A stretch of 64,000 nucleotides of DNA from a virus. The notes below the pieces were generated by a model, which was given only the letters and a program-made list of their open reading frames with translations, did not search any database and was not told the DNA's origin. The position numbers were made by a program, and so were the translations under genes. This document shows positions 62,260 through 64,000 of this stretch, piece after piece (the stretch's first letter is position 1; each line of letters begins with the position of its first letter). The DNA lies in IMG/VR virus record IMGVR_UViG_3300005253_000055; one strand, given 5' to 3'.

Positions 62260-63069
62260 CTACTGAGTTTCTAAGTAATAAACATTAGCAATTAGCTCAC
62301 CAGCACTGATATTATCCCAGTCTGCACCACCAGTTATAGTTATTCTAGGTGTCTGTACAGCAGCCATTCCATCTGCACCATCAGTAGCAGGAACAGAACC
62401 AACAACACCAGCTGCAAGTACTGATTGATCTACGTTTAAAGTAAATCTATCTAAATCACTAGATACACCACATTGAATTATTGCAGTAGTGTCGCCTGTG
62501 AACCCAGTAGTAACTTCAAACCTACAGCCTAATGGAATACCACCAACAGGAACGTCTGTACCAAGATCTATATTTCCAAGAGCAGTTCCTGTCTCATTAG
62601 TGAAAGCACCAAATGCTACTGTCTCTGTTATAACTCCTATCTTCGGAACAGCCAACTTAGCGACAGTCCATATATCATCAGCAAATAACGCACGAGTTGC
62701 GGCATTATCTGCAAATGCACCATCTGCAACCTTCAATAAAAGAGTAGCAGCATCAACAAAATCTGTTGCTACTAAAGCTCTACCAGGTGCATCAGCAGAC
62801 AATATACCTGCTATTAACTTTGTATTAGGAATACTACCAGCTAACTTAGTAGCTAGAATACTACCCGCTAAGTTAGCAGATGTAATACTACCTGCTAATT
62901 GAGCATTGGTAATAGAACCGGCTCCTATATCCGTTGCTGCGTTAAAGAACTCATCATACATAGCGTCGATTATGTCTGTAACAGCGTCTAAAGCCTCGAC
63001 TCTTGACTTAGAGGTAAGTCCTTGTTGTTTTACCTTTGCAATTTTTGCTTTTAATATTGATTCACTCAT
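62260..63069 (-). CDS. structural protein with 9-aa tandem repeats (fibre/decoration-like)
   Basis: 269 aa, Ala/Gly/Thr-rich, visibly GC-richer; LAGSITSAN/LAGSILATK/LAGSIPNTK repeats; own hairpin downstream. Confidence 0.6.
   Translation of the reverse strand: MSESILKAKIAKVKQQGLTSKSRVEALDAVTDIIDAMYDEFFNAATDIGAGSITNAQLAGSITSANLAGSILATKLAGSIPNTKLIAGILSADAPGRALVATDFVDAATLLLKVADGAFADNAATRALFADDIWTVAKLAVPKIGVITETVAFGAFTNETGTALGNIDLGTDVPVGGIPLGCRFEVTTGFTGDTTAIIQCGVSSDLDRFTLNVDQSVLAAGVVGSVPATDGADGMAAVQTPRITITGGADWDNISAGELIANVYYLETQ
62830..62937 (-). repeat. 27-bp in-frame tandem repeat, about 4 units
   Basis: Units at 62830-62856, 62857-62883, 62884-62910 and a degenerate one at 62911-62937, each beginning AATACTACC (plus strand). 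Confidence 0.7.
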
Positions 63070-63086
63070 TTTCTTAAAGTTTAAAT

Positions 63087-63752
63087 TTATAGTTTAGTTT
63101 CTTCTTGTATAGAGAATAATCCTTCTATTACATTGCTTATACGTTCTAACATCAAGTTAGCTGTAGTTGTAGCTGTAGGGTCATAAAGTTCTAGCTTATC
63201 CTCCATCTTCTTTTCTATTAACCCCAGCTTCTTAACAGCATCAGCATAAGATAGCTTATTAAATCCGTTAGTAAATCCATTTTCCTCTAAGTAGTCTACA
63301 GCTTCACTAGGTAGCTTCCTTCTCTTGGAAAATACCATCTCTCCAGAAACCGCTTCCATACTTTCTAATTCTATATCTTCTTGTCCATCCTGATTTACAT
63401 CAACGCCAATGCCCCCTTGCTCATGTGAATTCCCGGTAAGAAAAGATACCCCGGATGAAATCTGGTTTAAGCCACCTCCACCAAGTATAGTTGCAGGAGT
63501 ACCCGGCAACCTGATCCCCTGAGCAGCCGTAGCTCTAATTCCCTCTGTATTGTTATAGTTATTGTATTGTTCTAATTGGCTAAGGTCACTTTGATACAAA
63601 GCACCTCGATCTGTCTCTCTCCGATCCCGTCTGTCTCGATTATCCTGGTCAAACTGCTGTTTCTGCTGTACAAGCTTCGATATAAAACTCAAGGCTACGC
63701 CAGCAAATCCTTTTCTACTAGTTCTCGTTTTACGTCTTTTATAATTGCTCAT
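63087..63752 (-). CDS. virion-module protein, function unknown
   Basis: 221 aa; basic N-terminus, Gly-rich centre (GNSHEQGGIGVDVNQDG). Confidence 0.6.
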   Translation of the reverse strand: MSNYKRRKTRTSRKGFAGVALSFISKLVQQKQQFDQDNRDRRDRRETDRGALYQSDLSQLEQYNNYNNTEGIRATAAQGIRLPGTPATILGGGGLNQISSGVSFLTGNSHEQGGIGVDVNQDGQEDIELESMEAVSGEMVFSKRRKLPSEAVDYLEENGFTNGFNKLSYADAVKKLGLIEKKMEDKLELYDPTATTTANLMLERISNVIEGLFSIQEETKL

Positions 63753-63994
63753 CTTGGTACTATATCAAAGTTTGAACTCATTTCCCATATATTGATGTCT
63801 TTATCCTGTACATCTGTATACTTAAAGGAGATCTTCATATATCTATCTTGTAGATCTATATTGTCTCCACTATTTCTAAACCCGTTATGGTTCCATGCAG
63901 ACTTTACTCGTCTAGTATTTGCTGTGAGCATATCAACTAAGTCTGTATACTGTTGTACGGCTATCCAACCAGTATCTTGCTCTGCGGTCTGCAT
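63749..63994 (-). CDS. hypothetical protein (may extend beyond the right edge)
   Basis: 81 aa from the first Met; the frame stays open to position 64000. Confidence 0.45.
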   Translation of the reverse strand: MQTAEQDTGWIAVQQYTDLVDMLTANTRRVKSAWNHNGFRNSGDNIDLQDRYMKISFKYTDVQDKDINIWEMSSNFDIVPR

Positions 63995-64000
63995 TCTTAT

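Noticed and set aside
62489-62902. 137-aa plus-strand ORF antisense to the 269-aa structural gene
   Set aside because: It is an artefact of the locally GC-rich, repeat-containing sequence. The minus-strand frame carries the in-frame 9-aa repeats and fits the operon.
44193-64000. Stop-codon reassignment (TAG or TGA recoding), reported for late genes of some crAss-like phages
   Set aside because: All late-block ORFs, including the 4,596-codon gene, are intact under the standard code, so there is no sign of recoding in this window.

Overview
The window is an AT-rich, tightly packed dsDNA phage segment with no cellular housekeeping genes. It has three transcription blocks. (1) 1-5974, minus strand: small genes including a PD-(D/E)xK nuclease. 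(2) 6952-43987, plus strand: early/replication genes. (3) 44193-64000, minus strand: virion genes.

Blocks 1 and 2 diverge from a 977-bp non-coding control region (5975-6951). It holds a perfect DnaA box pair, nested inverted repeats and three bipartite direct repeats. Blocks 2 and 3 converge at 43988-44192.

Functions I can support from motifs:
- family A DNA polymerase, interrupted by a 400-aa LAGLIDADG intein
- ATP-dependent DNA ligase
- family 1 uracil-DNA glycosylase
- SF2 (DEIH) helicase and DnaB-like helicase
- Toprim primase, plus a second AEP-like primase-polymerase candidate
- MerR-type HTH protein

The most striking feature is a 4,596-aa ORF. It contains a beta-prime-like double-psi beta-barrel with a DFDMD metal-binding motif, as in crAss-like/YonO/QDE-1 type virion RNA polymerases. 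An ADP-ribosyltransferase-like H-Y-E module and an HExxH metallopeptidase-like module lie in the same chain.

The gene content, the giant RNAP gene and the A-rich start regions without Shine-Dalgarno sequences are consistent with a crAss-like (Crassvirales-type) podophage of a Bacteroidota host. That assignment is inference, not a database result.

Most remaining ORFs are hypothetical. I also recovered several sub-60-aa genes missing from the ORF track, two three-member paralog families and several intrinsic terminators. No tRNA, rRNA, CRISPR array, integrase or transposase was found.
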